In this document: positions 46,854 to 56,658 of the stretch, piece by piece
How the letters are laid out: each line of letters opens with the position of its first letter
Numbering within the stretch: position 1 is the first letter of the stretch
Assembly: GCA_048882485.1 (NCBI GenBank)
Contig: JBHLRP010000001.1
Coordinates: 96,001-160,000, forward strand
DNA: 64,000 nt
Direction: 5' to 3'
From: Candidatus Thorarchaeota archaeon
Lineage (GTDB): Archaea > Asgardarchaeota > Thorarchaeia > Thorarchaeales > Thorarchaeaceae
Position numbers and translations under genes: made by a program
The notes under the pieces: model-generated
Databases searched by the model: none
What the model was told of the DNA's origin: nothing
Seen by the model: the letters and a program-made list of their open reading frames with translations, nothing else

Positions 46854-48122
46854 ATGGAGGAAATGAAGATGGAAATCCCTGTTCTATCGAGATTCATTAA
46901 AGGGCTAAAACTGTTCTTCGAGTCCAAGAAACTCAGATGGTTCACTATAATCTTCATATTATCAGCCATTTTCGTCTTCGTGCTCAGGGAGTTAGGCAAC
47001 ATTTGGCCAACTACTGGATTGATTACTGTTCTTGGCGGAGTATTTCCAACATACTTCATGATTGCCGCCATATTGGCTCTTTTTGGTCTACAAAGATTCC
47101 TTGCAGATGAGGAGTCCTATGGCCGTTCATTCGCGCTATTCATTCCTTCAATTATCGCCAGCATTGTTTTGTATGTCTTTTTGTTTTTCTTTGCGAATGC
47201 ACTATGGTTCTTCATCTTCTTTTGGATAGCATTCTTTGGTTGGATTGTGTTTCAGGCTTTCATCTCCTCTCGAAGCGCGCTGGGTTATGCTGAGAGCGTT
47301 GACATAGAGCATCGATCGAAAGCAGTCACAGTGTTTTTTGGAACACTATATTTGGCTAGTTATTTCATTGTTATAGGAGCCTTCATCATAATGCTCTTTC
47401 TTAATCCTGCAATTTTCGTAACTGATACTGGATTGCTTGTCGTTGTGGCTGCAGGAATCGGAGTTATTATCGCAGCAGGATACAATTTTCTGAATGGTAT
47501 CCTTATACTCAGATACCGAAACAAGGTAATGGGAGACAACCTTGCACTTTTAGGCCTCTTCATTGCTTTATACGTGGCATATTTCCTCTATAATGTCCTG
47601 AAGCCAGATCCAACAGGAGTGGATTTGCTTTCCTCAATCATCGATGTCGGGATTTCTGTCTTCTTCATCCTCTATGCGATGAGCTCGGTGGGACTGACTC
47701 TCTCAGCTAGAGCTGAACTGGAAACTAGATGGAAGATTTCAAAAGAACTAGCAGCAGCCATTACTTTCTTCCTCGCATCTGGATATCTTGTTGTAGAAGC
47801 TGCATTTGAATCTGCAGGCTTCGCGATCTTCGAGCGGGGGCCAGACCTAATTAAACTCCTTCTATTTCCAGGGGTGGCCTTGCTAATGGCATTGCTATTC
47901 ATTAGGAGGGCAGGTCGAGTGCCACCTGAACCGGCTCCAATGCCTGAAGATGCCCCTGTTCTCGCTGAAGATGTGGAAGCAAAGGAAGATACCATTGACG
48001 AAACTCCAATACCTGAGTCGACATTCGAATCCGATTCGGATGCGGAGGAGAACTTCGAGGAAGACGAGCCATTCATCGAAGATGAGTCAGAAGACGCTGA
48101 AGATATCGAATCTGAATACTAA
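46854..48122 (+). CDS. Polytopic membrane protein with acidic disordered C-terminal tail
   Basis: About 10-11 TM, then about 65 aa rich in E/D/P. Confidence 0.8.
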   Translation: MEEMKMEIPVLSRFIKGLKLFFESKKLRWFTIIFILSAIFVFVLRELGNIWPTTGLITVLGGVFPTYFMIAAILALFGLQRFLADEESYGRSFALFIPSIIASIVLYVFLFFFANALWFFIFFWIAFFGWIVFQAFISSRSALGYAESVDIEHRSKAVTVFFGTLYLASYFIVIGAFIIMLFLNPAIFVTDTGLLVVVAAGIGVIIAAGYNFLNGILILRYRNKVMGDNLALLGLFIALYVAYFLYNVLKPDPTGVDLLSSIIDVGISVFFILYAMSSVGLTLSARAELETRWKISKELAAAITFFLASGYLVVEAAFESAGFAIFERGPDLIKLLLFPGVALLMALLFIRRAGRVPPEPAPMPEDAPVLAEDVEAKEDTIDETPIPESTFESDSDAEENFEEDEPFIEDESEDAEDIESEY

Positions 48123-48327
48123 TCCGTTTGCATAGCAATCTCATCTCTTTTATTGGACAACCTCCGGTGGAGATAGCTTTTCACCGAGAATAAGTACACT
48201 AGATGCCGAAATAAGCGACAAAGGTTCAAATACGTACTTTTTGCATACTCTACTGTTCGTGTAGTGTTTTTGTTAGGGGACTTAATGCCCTATACTACCG
48301 AGAAAATACTCCTAAGGAGAATTACTC

Positions 48328-50790
48328 ATGAGTACTAGAAGAAACAACCTGCTTCTAGCTGCATTCGTTGTGATGACCCTGGTCTTCCCGGTGATTGCAG
48401 GTAGTACGCAGAGCACGCCGAACTCCAAGATCTCTTCGGCAGTGGTGGCTCAGGATGGACCTTCAAATGTTGCCACGATAGAAGGGATGGGCTCCTATGT
48501 GGATGCCTGGGGTGGAGTGTACAATATTTTAGCGTCAGTACAAAATGCCACGCATTACGACTACGCTCACACGTCCGCACTTGAGGCGGTAGTGACTAAC
48601 CAAATGAACACAGATGATGGATATGTCAGTCAAATGCAGTTTCTGTTCAACGGATTAACACCATTTCCCAACGGGGCAGTGGGAAGTCCGATGGCTATTC
48701 TCCAGCTGGCTATAAATCCAATCTGGGAAGTTCCTGCAGATCGGGACTCGGCTTCACTTACAGACCTTAGTGCAAGCGAAGCTAAAGCCATTGCTGAGGA
48801 AGCAGTAGCAGTCTATGAGACCGCATTCGGACTTGATATGGACAGATTAGAGATAATCCAGACCAATACGTCCCAGTGGTTCGACTACTACAATACAACG
48901 CCAGTTTATGACTATGGTTTCACATACATGATGACATACATAGACATTCTTACTGCAAGTCAGGGTGAAACAGCGATGCCTCTGTTCCTAGACCGCCTTG
49001 CCAATATGGGTGGATTCATGGATTTGGTGGGCTCCCCTGATTGGCCAGCTCTGATGACATCTGCAGGCGAAGTCTACATTCCGCAATACTATCTTCCATA
49101 CTATGACTCCATGTCTTCCTTCGTTGGCAATTTCATGGCAGGTAGATATGAGTTCTACATCAGAGCAGATGCCTCTCACACCGATCTGGCGACGGAAGTC
49201 CAGAGTGGCGTAGTGGGCTTTGCTGGATTTGAAAATCCCGGTGTTGTAGATGCAGTAGCGGGTGACGAAACATATTCCCTGAAAGACCATGTTGGCTACA
49301 CAGGCAATATTCAGACAAAGATGGACCAGGATTCAACAGCTAACTCAATTTCAGCTATCCTTGGAGCATCTCCGGGTTCGCTATCAATTCCAGAGATTCC
49401 AACCTCCTGGATCTCACTTGATGATAGCTTTGAAATACCAACCAACATTTCTATGGAGCCCTATTTGTTCATAGAGGAAAACACCACGCTAGGTGATGCC
49501 TTGAAGGAAATGCTCTCTGTATTGCCAAAAGGTCTGGCTCTGGAGCTGAATGCGCAGATGCTGGACTTTAACACGACCGAAATTGAGAGTGGAATTATCT
49601 CCGCAGTTGATACTCTTTGGGGAAGTCTTACGCCATGGCCTGACATGAAGCAGATGGTTCTGAACATGGACTTCTCTGATCCAACGTTCTTCCCAACTAC
49701 ACCAGTTACGGAGCTGAACTTTGACTTACTGGCAGAAATCATGGCGCAGGCAGGGATGAATCCCGACGCATTGATGAGCAGAGTGGATGAAACCTTAGCT
49801 GCGGCCAATCCGTTGGCAGCAGTAGTAGAGGCATTCGTTGGCTACTTCGATTCCTACAATCTATTGGACATTCTGGACAATGACTATTATGCCGATCCAG
49901 TAGCTCTTGAGGGCTACCTTGACACATTCGGTGATGGGATTGAAGCGCTTCTGAAGGACTTCGCAGGTGTCGACTTGCCCACCGAGTTCCAGTCAAAGGA
50001 CGAGATCGCTAATTTCGTGGAAGACCATTGGGAGATTGCTCTTGGTGCTCTCTGGACTGCTATGGCTGCAGATAACCTGGCGGGAATAAAGACAGCACTC
50101 ATCAACATGGTCGATATGGAGAACTTCGCTCAGCAATTCATACCATATCTGATGGCAGACTTGAGTGCTTCATGGCTAGGAGGTATTGGCTTCCTAGGAG
50201 CAGCAAATGTCGATCCCGTAAATATGACCTTTGAGCCGCTGAACGTCGCTGACATCACTCTGACATTCGATGCAGATCCAGATGCACTTGCTGTCGATGG
50301 GCCATACCTTGTTGTCACAAAGGGCTTAATCAATAGGACTGTGAATGTTGGTGAAATGGTTGATTTCACTATCACCGTTCACAACTACGGAAATGAAGCT
50401 GCCCAAGATATACTTGTAGTGGATGGTATGAGCTCTGGATTCGATGGCGAACGTGATTGGTACTGGCAACGCGCAAGTCTCGCATCTGGTGCGACTTGGA
50501 CCATAGATTACAGCGTTCAAGCCACTGATGGTGGACTGTTTATGGACTTTCCAGCATTCTGTGTCTATTTCAACACGACAGTGTCCACGTTCAATCCTAA
50601 TTCAGCCGAGGCCTGGCCAGGTACCTCCCGGTACACATGGTCTGCACCAGGCTATCAGATCCAGGTAGTCGGTGGCGGCAACTGGTGGGAGGGTGAGATT
50701 CTGGGAATCCCCACTCTCTATGTAGTTGCTGGTATTGGTGGTGTTGCTGTAATCGGTGTAGCATTGCTAATTGTCCGACGCAGGAGCTAA
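48328..50790 (+). CDS. Secreted, C-terminally anchored acidic surface protein with DUF11-like Ig domain (S-layer candidate)
   Basis: Signal peptide, very low Lys/Arg, LVVTK...VGE.V.FTITV.NYG...A.DI.V.D motif, C-terminal TM plus RRRS. AAGGAG RBS. Confidence 0.8.
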   Translation: MSTRRNNLLLAAFVVMTLVFPVIAGSTQSTPNSKISSAVVAQDGPSNVATIEGMGSYVDAWGGVYNILASVQNATHYDYAHTSALEAVVTNQMNTDDGYVSQMQFLFNGLTPFPNGAVGSPMAILQLAINPIWEVPADRDSASLTDLSASEAKAIAEEAVAVYETAFGLDMDRLEIIQTNTSQWFDYYNTTPVYDYGFTYMMTYIDILTASQGETAMPLFLDRLANMGGFMDLVGSPDWPALMTSAGEVYIPQYYLPYYDSMSSFVGNFMAGRYEFYIRADASHTDLATEVQSGVVGFAGFENPGVVDAVAGDETYSLKDHVGYTGNIQTKMDQDSTANSISAILGASPGSLSIPEIPTSWISLDDSFEIPTNISMEPYLFIEENTTLGDALKEMLSVLPKGLALELNAQMLDFNTTEIESGIISAVDTLWGSLTPWPDMKQMVLNMDFSDPTFFPTTPVTELNFDLLAEIMAQAGMNPDALMSRVDETLAAANPLAAVVEAFVGYFDSYNLLDILDNDYYADPVALEGYLDTFGDGIEALLKDFAGVDLPTEFQSKDEIANFVEDHWEIALGALWTAMAADNLAGIKTALINMVDMENFAQQFIPYLMADLSASWLGGIGFLGAANVDPVNMTFEPLNVADITLTFDADPDALAVDGPYLVVTKGLINRTVNVGEMVDFTITVHNYGNEAAQDILVVDGMSSGFDGERDWYWQRASLASGATWTIDYSVQATDGGLFMDFPAFCVYFNTTVSTFNPNSAEAWPGTSRYTWSAPGYQIQVVGGGNWWEGEILGIPTLYVVAGIGGVAVIGVALLIVRRRS

Positions 50791-50808
50791 TTGACACAAC
50801 ATACCACA

Positions 50809-50853
50809 GGTCTCGTGTCTCTCGGGGCACGAGTACCCTCTCTCTTTTTCTTT
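50809..50853 (+). terminator. Hairpin plus U-tract terminator
   Basis: CTCGTGTCT-N4-GGGCACGAG stem followed by CTCTCTCTTTTTCTTT. Confidence 0.7.
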
Positions 50854-50974
50854 CAACATTTTTGAAAATCGCGATAGGCGAAGCCTTTTATCTCAATATC
50901 TCTGAAGCCGTGCGAAGAACAGCGGTGCTTTTGGCACCCGGTGTTCCAAGTTGTATGTATAGGAGTTTGCTAAC

Positions 50975-51133
50975 ATGGCTAAATGGGAATGCTTGGTTTG
51001 CGGATGGGTCTACGACGAAGATCTTGGTGACCCTGACAGCGGAATAGCACCTGGCACGCTTTTTGCGGATCTTCCGGATGAATTCGTATGTCCAATGTGT
51101 GGAGCTAGCAAAGAGGACTTTGAACAGATTTGA
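50975..51133 (+). CDS. Rubredoxin (52 aa; below the ORF-track cut-off)
   Basis: Manual translation [60 protein letters not shown]. Confidence 0.97.
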   Translation: MAKWECLVCGWVYDEDLGDPDSGIAPGTLFADLPDEFVCPMCGASKEDFEQI

Positions 51134-51151
51134 AACTCCCCGATATGCAAT

Positions 51152-51184
51152 GGGACTCGGCTCTTGAGTCCCTTCAGCTTTCTT
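51152..51184. terminator. Hairpin after rubredoxin, between convergent genes
   Basis: GGGACTC-N7-GAGTCCC (51152-51172) followed by a T-rich tract. Confidence 0.6.
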
Positions 51185-52841
51185 CAAAATCCGTTGGTTC
51201 GGTGTGATTGCTTATTTCTACCTGTTCGAGTCCGCCTTGTTGTCGCCTTCTCTCTCTGTAGTAGAAAAGTCCTAGGACCGAGATGCCGAGGGGAAGACTC
51301 CAAAACATCGCACTGACCCATTGCGGCAGATATGTAAGCAGAGGCGGAGGTCCACCTCCTCCTATGAAACCAATGAGGAAGACATACAGGAAGAGGAAAA
51401 CTACCAGTTGACTCTTGAGAAGGCCTTGAATTGAATTCTTCAAATTCAATTCTGGCCGCCGAATTCCCAGAAATGACCTTCCCTTTTTCAATGAGATTGA
51501 GAGTTCATGCAACATTGCCACTGCGAGAATATTGAGGACAGGGAAAAATCCTAGCAAAATCAATTGATAGGAAGGATAGAATGGCGTTTTTCTGAATCCA
51601 AACACGATGAAGAAATTATTCTCATAGAGGGACCAGTCGCTTGTATGACCCCCGATGATTAATTGGTGCTCGGAGTTGAATACAGCTCCACAAGGTTCCG
51701 ACATTCGCCCCAAGACGAGATAGTCAAACCATTCCAGTTCACCAGTTATCATGGTGCTAAGTATGAGAGTCTGAGGAGCTTGAGGACCTGAGAATAAAGG
51801 CGATAGCTCCTTGGTGACGGACTTTCCAGCGATCAAGCTTTTTATTCTTCCATGTCCAATGATGTTCTCACTCCCATTGAGGCTGAATCCTTCGATTGAA
51901 ATGGAGTGCCTGTCTACAACGAGGTCAAAGCAGCTAAGCTCTTCGAAGTTGTACGTATACCTTGTGACCTCATTATACCCTCTCCAAGAATCAGTTGAGG
52001 TCACAAACTCATTTTGCCCAATTTCAACTCCCGACCAGAATGGGGAATTTAAGCTCGAATTCCACTTGTAGGTTCCATTGAAATCAAATGCGGCAATAAA
52101 GCACTCAATATAGAAATCAATGAAGGGATCGTATGGTTCATCTTCTCCATAGACGCGACCCGCCACAATTATCTCATCATTGGAGCTTAACCAGAAGGTT
52201 GTTGCATCTGTTCCATTAAACTCAAAGGAACCTGCCCACTCGGTACGCCACTGTTCGGAACCTGAACTATTTAATCGGGCAATAAGAGTTCGTTGAGTTC
52301 CTTCGATAAGGCTACCAACAACATAGATGTCGTTAGTAACTGCGTCTATTTCAACCCCGAAAAAAGCACTACGTGGAGGCCACCAATACCAGTGATATTC
52401 AAGTCCAGGAAACTCAACCTCCCATATGAGCTCACCGACAGGACTCAGTTTCATGACTAATCCAGTTGAATTTGCCTGATTGAATCCAAGTATCCCGGCG
52501 AGGAGGATGTTATCATCTGAGTCGACTGCAACACTTGTCAGCATGTCAGATTGGGAGCTGTTCCACACCATAGCCCACACTTCTTCGCCAATTGGTGAAA
52601 CTTTCAAGGCATAGAACTTGGACATCGAGAATTGTTCCCGCTCCATTCGTCCCCCGACTATTATCACATTCCCATGGCTATCCACAACCATATCCCTCGA
52701 AATGTCATTGTATCCAGACCTAAAGACAACTTCTCTATCACTTCTCCGAGGTGCAAATAGTAAAGGGAAGTCCAGAACAAGAAGGGTACTGCCTATGAAT
52801 AAGAAGAGTAGGAGGAATACGTATCCGGTAGCCTTCTCCAT
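51174..52841 (-). CDS. Membrane-anchored beta-propeller protein (SBBP-like repeats)
   Basis: N-terminal TM, repeats VDSHGNVIIVG / VDSDDNILLAG / ID..TNDIYVVG with K...G...W, and three C-terminal TM. Confidence 0.75.
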   Translation of the reverse strand: MEKATGYVFLLLFLFIGSTLLVLDFPLLFAPRRSDREVVFRSGYNDISRDMVVDSHGNVIIVGGRMEREQFSMSKFYALKVSPIGEEVWAMVWNSSQSDMLTSVAVDSDDNILLAGILGFNQANSTGLVMKLSPVGELIWEVEFPGLEYHWYWWPPRSAFFGVEIDAVTNDIYVVGSLIEGTQRTLIARLNSSGSEQWRTEWAGSFEFNGTDATTFWLSSNDEIIVAGRVYGEDEPYDPFIDFYIECFIAAFDFNGTYKWNSSLNSPFWSGVEIGQNEFVTSTDSWRGYNEVTRYTYNFEELSCFDLVVDRHSISIEGFSLNGSENIIGHGRIKSLIAGKSVTKELSPLFSGPQAPQTLILSTMITGELEWFDYLVLGRMSEPCGAVFNSEHQLIIGGHTSDWSLYENNFFIVFGFRKTPFYPSYQLILLGFFPVLNILAVAMLHELSISLKKGRSFLGIRRPELNLKNSIQGLLKSQLVVFLFLYVFLIGFIGGGGPPPLLTYLPQWVSAMFWSLPLGISVLGLFYYRERRRQQGGLEQVEISNHTEPTDFEES

Positions 52842-52937
52842 TTTTGCCCCTAGATATTTTCAAGAATCTGCTAATAAAACCGCTTGTGCATAATTGGACA
52901 TGTAGGGGCTTCCTGATCATCCTTGGTCTGGTTGGAT

Positions 52938-54044
52938 TCAGATGACCTCAGGTCCAATAAGGTCAACTAAATGCTGCAGGTCCTCTTCAGTCTTGATAAA
53001 AACCCCCGTGTTCCCAATTCGCAAGTTCTCAAGACCTTCTTCCCGCATAGCAATGTAACTATCTGCCATCTCTTGTGCGGTGGGTGCTCGATATTCTGGT
53101 GATTGAAGCTTGTAGCACGGGAAGAATGCTAGGAGCGTCATAGGAATCTTGGAATCAATCTCTGCTACAAGGTTTGCGATTTTCACATGTTCATCTGTTT
53201 CTACAAAGCCAGGTATGTAGAGAGTCAGTATCTCAAGAGCAAAACCATGATTCACAATCTCCTCAATGCATGATAGTATATTCGCATTAGTTGTTCCACA
53301 GAGCTTCCGATAGACTTCTTCAGAATAAGCTTTGATATCTAACCAATAGGCATCAATCCCTCCCTCAGCGAAGGCTTCAAGATTTTTTGGAGTGAGTCCA
53401 TATCCATTGGTTTCAAGCAGCACCCAGAGATCATTAGCTGCAGCCTTGATTTTTTGAGTTGCGTCGATGTAGAACTCAGGCTTGCAGAGGATGTCACCCC
53501 CTGTGAATGCCACAATATTCCTAGCAGGGCCGAAACCTTGAGGGCTTAACACTACTTGGTCAGGTCTTAGCTTTGCTGGACACCCTTCGGGACGTGTTCC
53601 GTACATTACACACGAGCCACAATGTTTACAGAGTCTGTGGGCATGCCAGCTGGTTGCTGCGTCTCTGGGCTCAAAAACCGTGACATCTTCACGGTATGCT
53701 TTTGCAGCATCTGCGATTTCTTCGGTGGACAACCAATTCCCTGTTGCTTTTTTGCTGAACTCGTGGGAGTGACATTTGAGGCAAGTATGATTGCAGCCAC
53801 TCTGGTATATAGAGAGATAGTCTTCCGGACGCGAAAGATGAAGGGATTTGATTAGACGTTCATATCCTGATTCTTGACTCCTACGCAATGTAGCAGAACA
53901 GGCTGGCCTTTGTTCGCCTTCAGACACTTCAACAAGACAGGACCCTCTTGGATAGTTCTGTTCACGCATCTCGCAGGGTGCAGAGTCAGAGTTCAAAATA
54001 CTCTCCGTTCTATCATGGCAAGGCTCTCCAATAAACATCTCCAT
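52938..54044 (-). CDS. Radical SAM protein (PflA/activating-enzyme-like)
   Basis: CNHTCLKC (CxxxCxxC), FTGGD, ETNG, LDIKA. Extra CKHCGSC...C cluster. Confidence 0.9.
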   Translation of the reverse strand: MEMFIGEPCHDRTESILNSDSAPCEMREQNYPRGSCLVEVSEGEQRPACSATLRRSQESGYERLIKSLHLSRPEDYLSIYQSGCNHTCLKCHSHEFSKKATGNWLSTEEIADAAKAYREDVTVFEPRDAATSWHAHRLCKHCGSCVMYGTRPEGCPAKLRPDQVVLSPQGFGPARNIVAFTGGDILCKPEFYIDATQKIKAAANDLWVLLETNGYGLTPKNLEAFAEGGIDAYWLDIKAYSEEVYRKLCGTTNANILSCIEEIVNHGFALEILTLYIPGFVETDEHVKIANLVAEIDSKIPMTLLAFFPCYKLQSPEYRAPTAQEMADSYIAMREEGLENLRIGNTGVFIKTEEDLQHLVDLIGPEVI

Positions 54045-54079
54045 TGAGTGGAACTGGAAGATTATGTGTCTAAGTGAGG

Positions 54080-54118
54080 AAAGAGAATGAGGACTGGAGC
54101 GATTGTAGCTCCAATCCT
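54080..54118 (-). terminator. Hairpin downstream of the small membrane protein gene
   Basis: AGGA-C-TGGAGC-N7-GCTCCA-A-TCCT (54090-54118), then a pyrimidine tract on the minus strand. Confidence 0.5.
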
Positions 54119-54126
54119 AACACTAT

Positions 54127-54495
54127 CTATCTAAAGACAGCTCTGATCCCAGGTGCGTTCAGATAGACAATGATAATGATGTTTATGATCAATCCTATCC
54201 AAGTAGTGCTGTATAGGTTGAGGATTGCTCCTATGATGTTCACGATCATAGCCCACATCCAAGCCCAGCTCTTCATATTCCACAGACCTAATCCTACCCA
54301 AAGAAAGAATATGCCGAGTAGAACCATAATGGCTCCAACGAGAGCACCCCAGAAAGGGATAACGAAGAATAGTGTTCCTCCCCCAATTAGAGCAAGCGCT
54401 CCAAGGATTTGAAGTATGGCTATTATCATAACACCTAAGGGTCGCTCCCCACTGGGTGGTGTGAGAGCATCTCCTGGCATTGGAATTTCAGTCAT
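54127..54495 (-). CDS. Small 4-TM membrane protein
   Basis: RPLGV.IIAIL...GLW.MKSWAW...IIIVYL..P.IR..F pattern. Likely start MTEIP at 54495. Confidence 0.75.
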   Translation of the reverse strand: MTEIPMPGDALTPPSGERPLGVMIIAILQILGALALIGGGTLFFVIPFWGALVGAIMVLLGIFFLWVGLGLWNMKSWAWMWAMIVNIIGAILNLYSTTWIGLIINIIIIVYLNAPGIRAVFR

Positions 54496-54667
54496 GTTTT
54501 TCCACCATAGTACCAAATGATTTGGGATTTCCAAAGCCATCATCATTAATAATGCCGTGTATGATGTATTCGATTGCAGTTGGAAAAACAATATCCTCAA
54601 TCATCAATGTTGACGAGTAGAAAGGATATAATAGCTCGATTAGTGTTGGAATTGACGGGTAGACCTC

Positions 54668-55411
54668 ATGGACCTACTGTATCTTATTCCCGGAGATGGA
54701 ATGCCCAAGGATGAGCTAGAGCGTCGAGCCAAGGTTGGCAATTCAATAATCCGTTCTGGTTCAAGGTTTCATGCTGAAGAAGTTGGTGAAGGTCCACTCT
54801 CGATTGAGTCTTCGATTGAGGAGTACATGTCAATCGGTCCTATGCTAGAGAGACTTCTCCAGATTCGAGAAGAAGAAAAGTTTGATGCAATCATAATCGG
54901 GTGTGCAGGAGACCCCGGCCTTGTTGCCGCGCGAGAGATGATGGACATACCAATAATCGGTCCAGCTGAATCATCATACCATCTGGCTTGCATGATTGCT
55001 GATAGGTTCAGCGTTCTTACTCCACTACAGGCAGGAATCGAATCAGAAGACAGTGTGAGAGTCCGCATAAGGGAGATGGGATTAGAGAGTAGACTTGCAT
55101 CAGTTGAATTCGTTGAGATGCCAATTGCTCAAATGTGGGGCTCTAAGGGCGATGGGGTTGTTAAAGAGATGTCAATGGGAGTTGAAAAAGCCAAGGCAAA
55201 AGGCGCAGGCTGTCTGGTACTGGGATGCATGTCAATGGCTTTCAAGATGGCCGATGAGGCTATTCAGGAGCCAATGATTCCAATTGTGAATCCTCTAAAG
55301 GCCGCCATCAAGACTGCTGAGATGTTTGTGGACTTGAATCTGAAACACAGTCGTCTCACATATCCTGCCGCTGACTTCGACAAACTCATGGATACAGTAT
55401 TCAAGCAATGA
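54668..55411 (+). CDS. Asp/Glu/hydantoin racemase family protein
   Basis: GPLSIES, IIGCAGDPG and LGCMSM (two catalytic Cys). Confidence 0.9.
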   Translation: MDLLYLIPGDGMPKDELERRAKVGNSIIRSGSRFHAEEVGEGPLSIESSIEEYMSIGPMLERLLQIREEEKFDAIIIGCAGDPGLVAAREMMDIPIIGPAESSYHLACMIADRFSVLTPLQAGIESEDSVRVRIREMGLESRLASVEFVEMPIAQMWGSKGDGVVKEMSMGVEKAKAKGAGCLVLGCMSMAFKMADEAIQEPMIPIVNPLKAAIKTAEMFVDLNLKHSRLTYPAADFDKLMDTVFKQ

Positions 55412-55428
55412 TGATTGGAGGAACAGAA

Positions 55429-56658
55429 ATGGGTAAAGACAAGAAATACGACGGATACAAGCCATATCAATACCTCACGCCAGGAGTTGACTATCGAGAG
55501 TTCAAATGGCGGGAGCCTGTGAAGAAGGACTGGGCTTACAAGGTGCCGCTCTCGAAGACTGAAGAGGAGCGCGTGCAAGAGATTCTTGAGAACAATGTTG
55601 TAATAGATCTTCATGAGCATCCAGTCTTGTACCCTGCAGACTCAAAGGACTCTCTATTGGTTAATCGCGAGGGTAGGGACAGCCTGGCATATGAGGCTCT
55701 TGGCAAAACAAACCTCGATGCAGTCTTTGACAATCTGATGGATGGCTCGGTCAATATAACCTCAAAGCATGGATGGAAATGGACCGACACCATTCATGAT
55801 CTTGGACAACGTCTTTGCGATATCGCACACCAAGATTATGTCATCCACTGCCGGAGAGTAGAAGATATCGTCACAGCATTTGAAACCGGAAAACTCGCTT
55901 GGGTTGCAGTGCTCGAGTCTTCCACATGCATTGAGAACGAAGTTGACAGGATTGATGTTCTCTACGGTCTTGGAATCAGATCAATGGGATTGGTCTATAG
56001 TGAAACGAATCAACTTGGGACAGGACTTGATGAGATGCGTGACGGCGGACTGACTGACTTTGGCTATGATGCAGTCATTCGGATGAACAAGGTTGGAATG
56101 TTGGTTGATGTAAGTCATGTCAGCGACCAGACGGCTCTAGATACAATCGAGTGCGCGAAGAAGCCACCAATTATCTCTCATGCTGGATCAAAAAATGTAC
56201 ACACAATCAAGAGAATGGTTCCTGATGAAGTCCTGAAGGCATTAGCCGAGAAGGGTGGTGTGATTGGAATCGAGGCTGCACCTGGATACACTGCAACCAA
56301 TGAGAACAAGACTCCATCAATCGACACCTATGGAAAACACCTAGAGTATTGTATCGAGCTAATGGGAATAGATCATGTCGGATGTGGTCCGGATACACTT
56401 TACGGTGACCACGTTGGCCTGTACAAGGTATACGATGAAATCCTGTCAACAGCCGGCATGGGACACTATCCACGTCCAGGGCAAACACCCGACCTAGATG
56501 AGAGCAAGCTACCCGACTACGTCAAGGGTGTTGAGAATCCCAGTGAAGCGATACATAATGTCGCCCGATGGATGGTGAAGAATGGATATTCGGATGAAGA
56601 GATCATCAAGGTAATTGGTGGAAACGCACTGGCAATGCTGAAGCAAGTCTGGCGATAG
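55429..56658 (+). CDS. Peptidase M19 (membrane/renal dipeptidase family)
   Basis: IDLHEH, GLT.FG...V..MN..GM.VDVSH, ISH, GGVIG, GIDHVG.G.D, GGN. GGAGG RBS before ATG 55429. Confidence 0.92.
   Translation: MGKDKKYDGYKPYQYLTPGVDYREFKWREPVKKDWAYKVPLSKTEEERVQEILENNVVIDLHEHPVLYPADSKDSLLVNREGRDSLAYEALGKTNLDAVFDNLMDGSVNITSKHGWKWTDTIHDLGQRLCDIAHQDYVIHCRRVEDIVTAFETGKLAWVAVLESSTCIENEVDRIDVLYGLGIRSMGLVYSETNQLGTGLDEMRDGGLTDFGYDAVIRMNKVGMLVDVSHVSDQTALDTIECAKKPPIISHAGSKNVHTIKRMVPDEVLKALAEKGGVIGIEAAPGYTATNENKTPSIDTYGKHLEYCIELMGIDHVGCGPDTLYGDHVGLYKVYDEILSTAGMGHYPRPGQTPDLDESKLPDYVKGVENPSEAIHNVARWMVKNGYSDEEIIKVIGGNALAMLKQVWR

Noticed and set aside
50888-51187. 99-aa minus-strand ORF in the track
   Set aside because: It is antisense to the rubredoxin gene.
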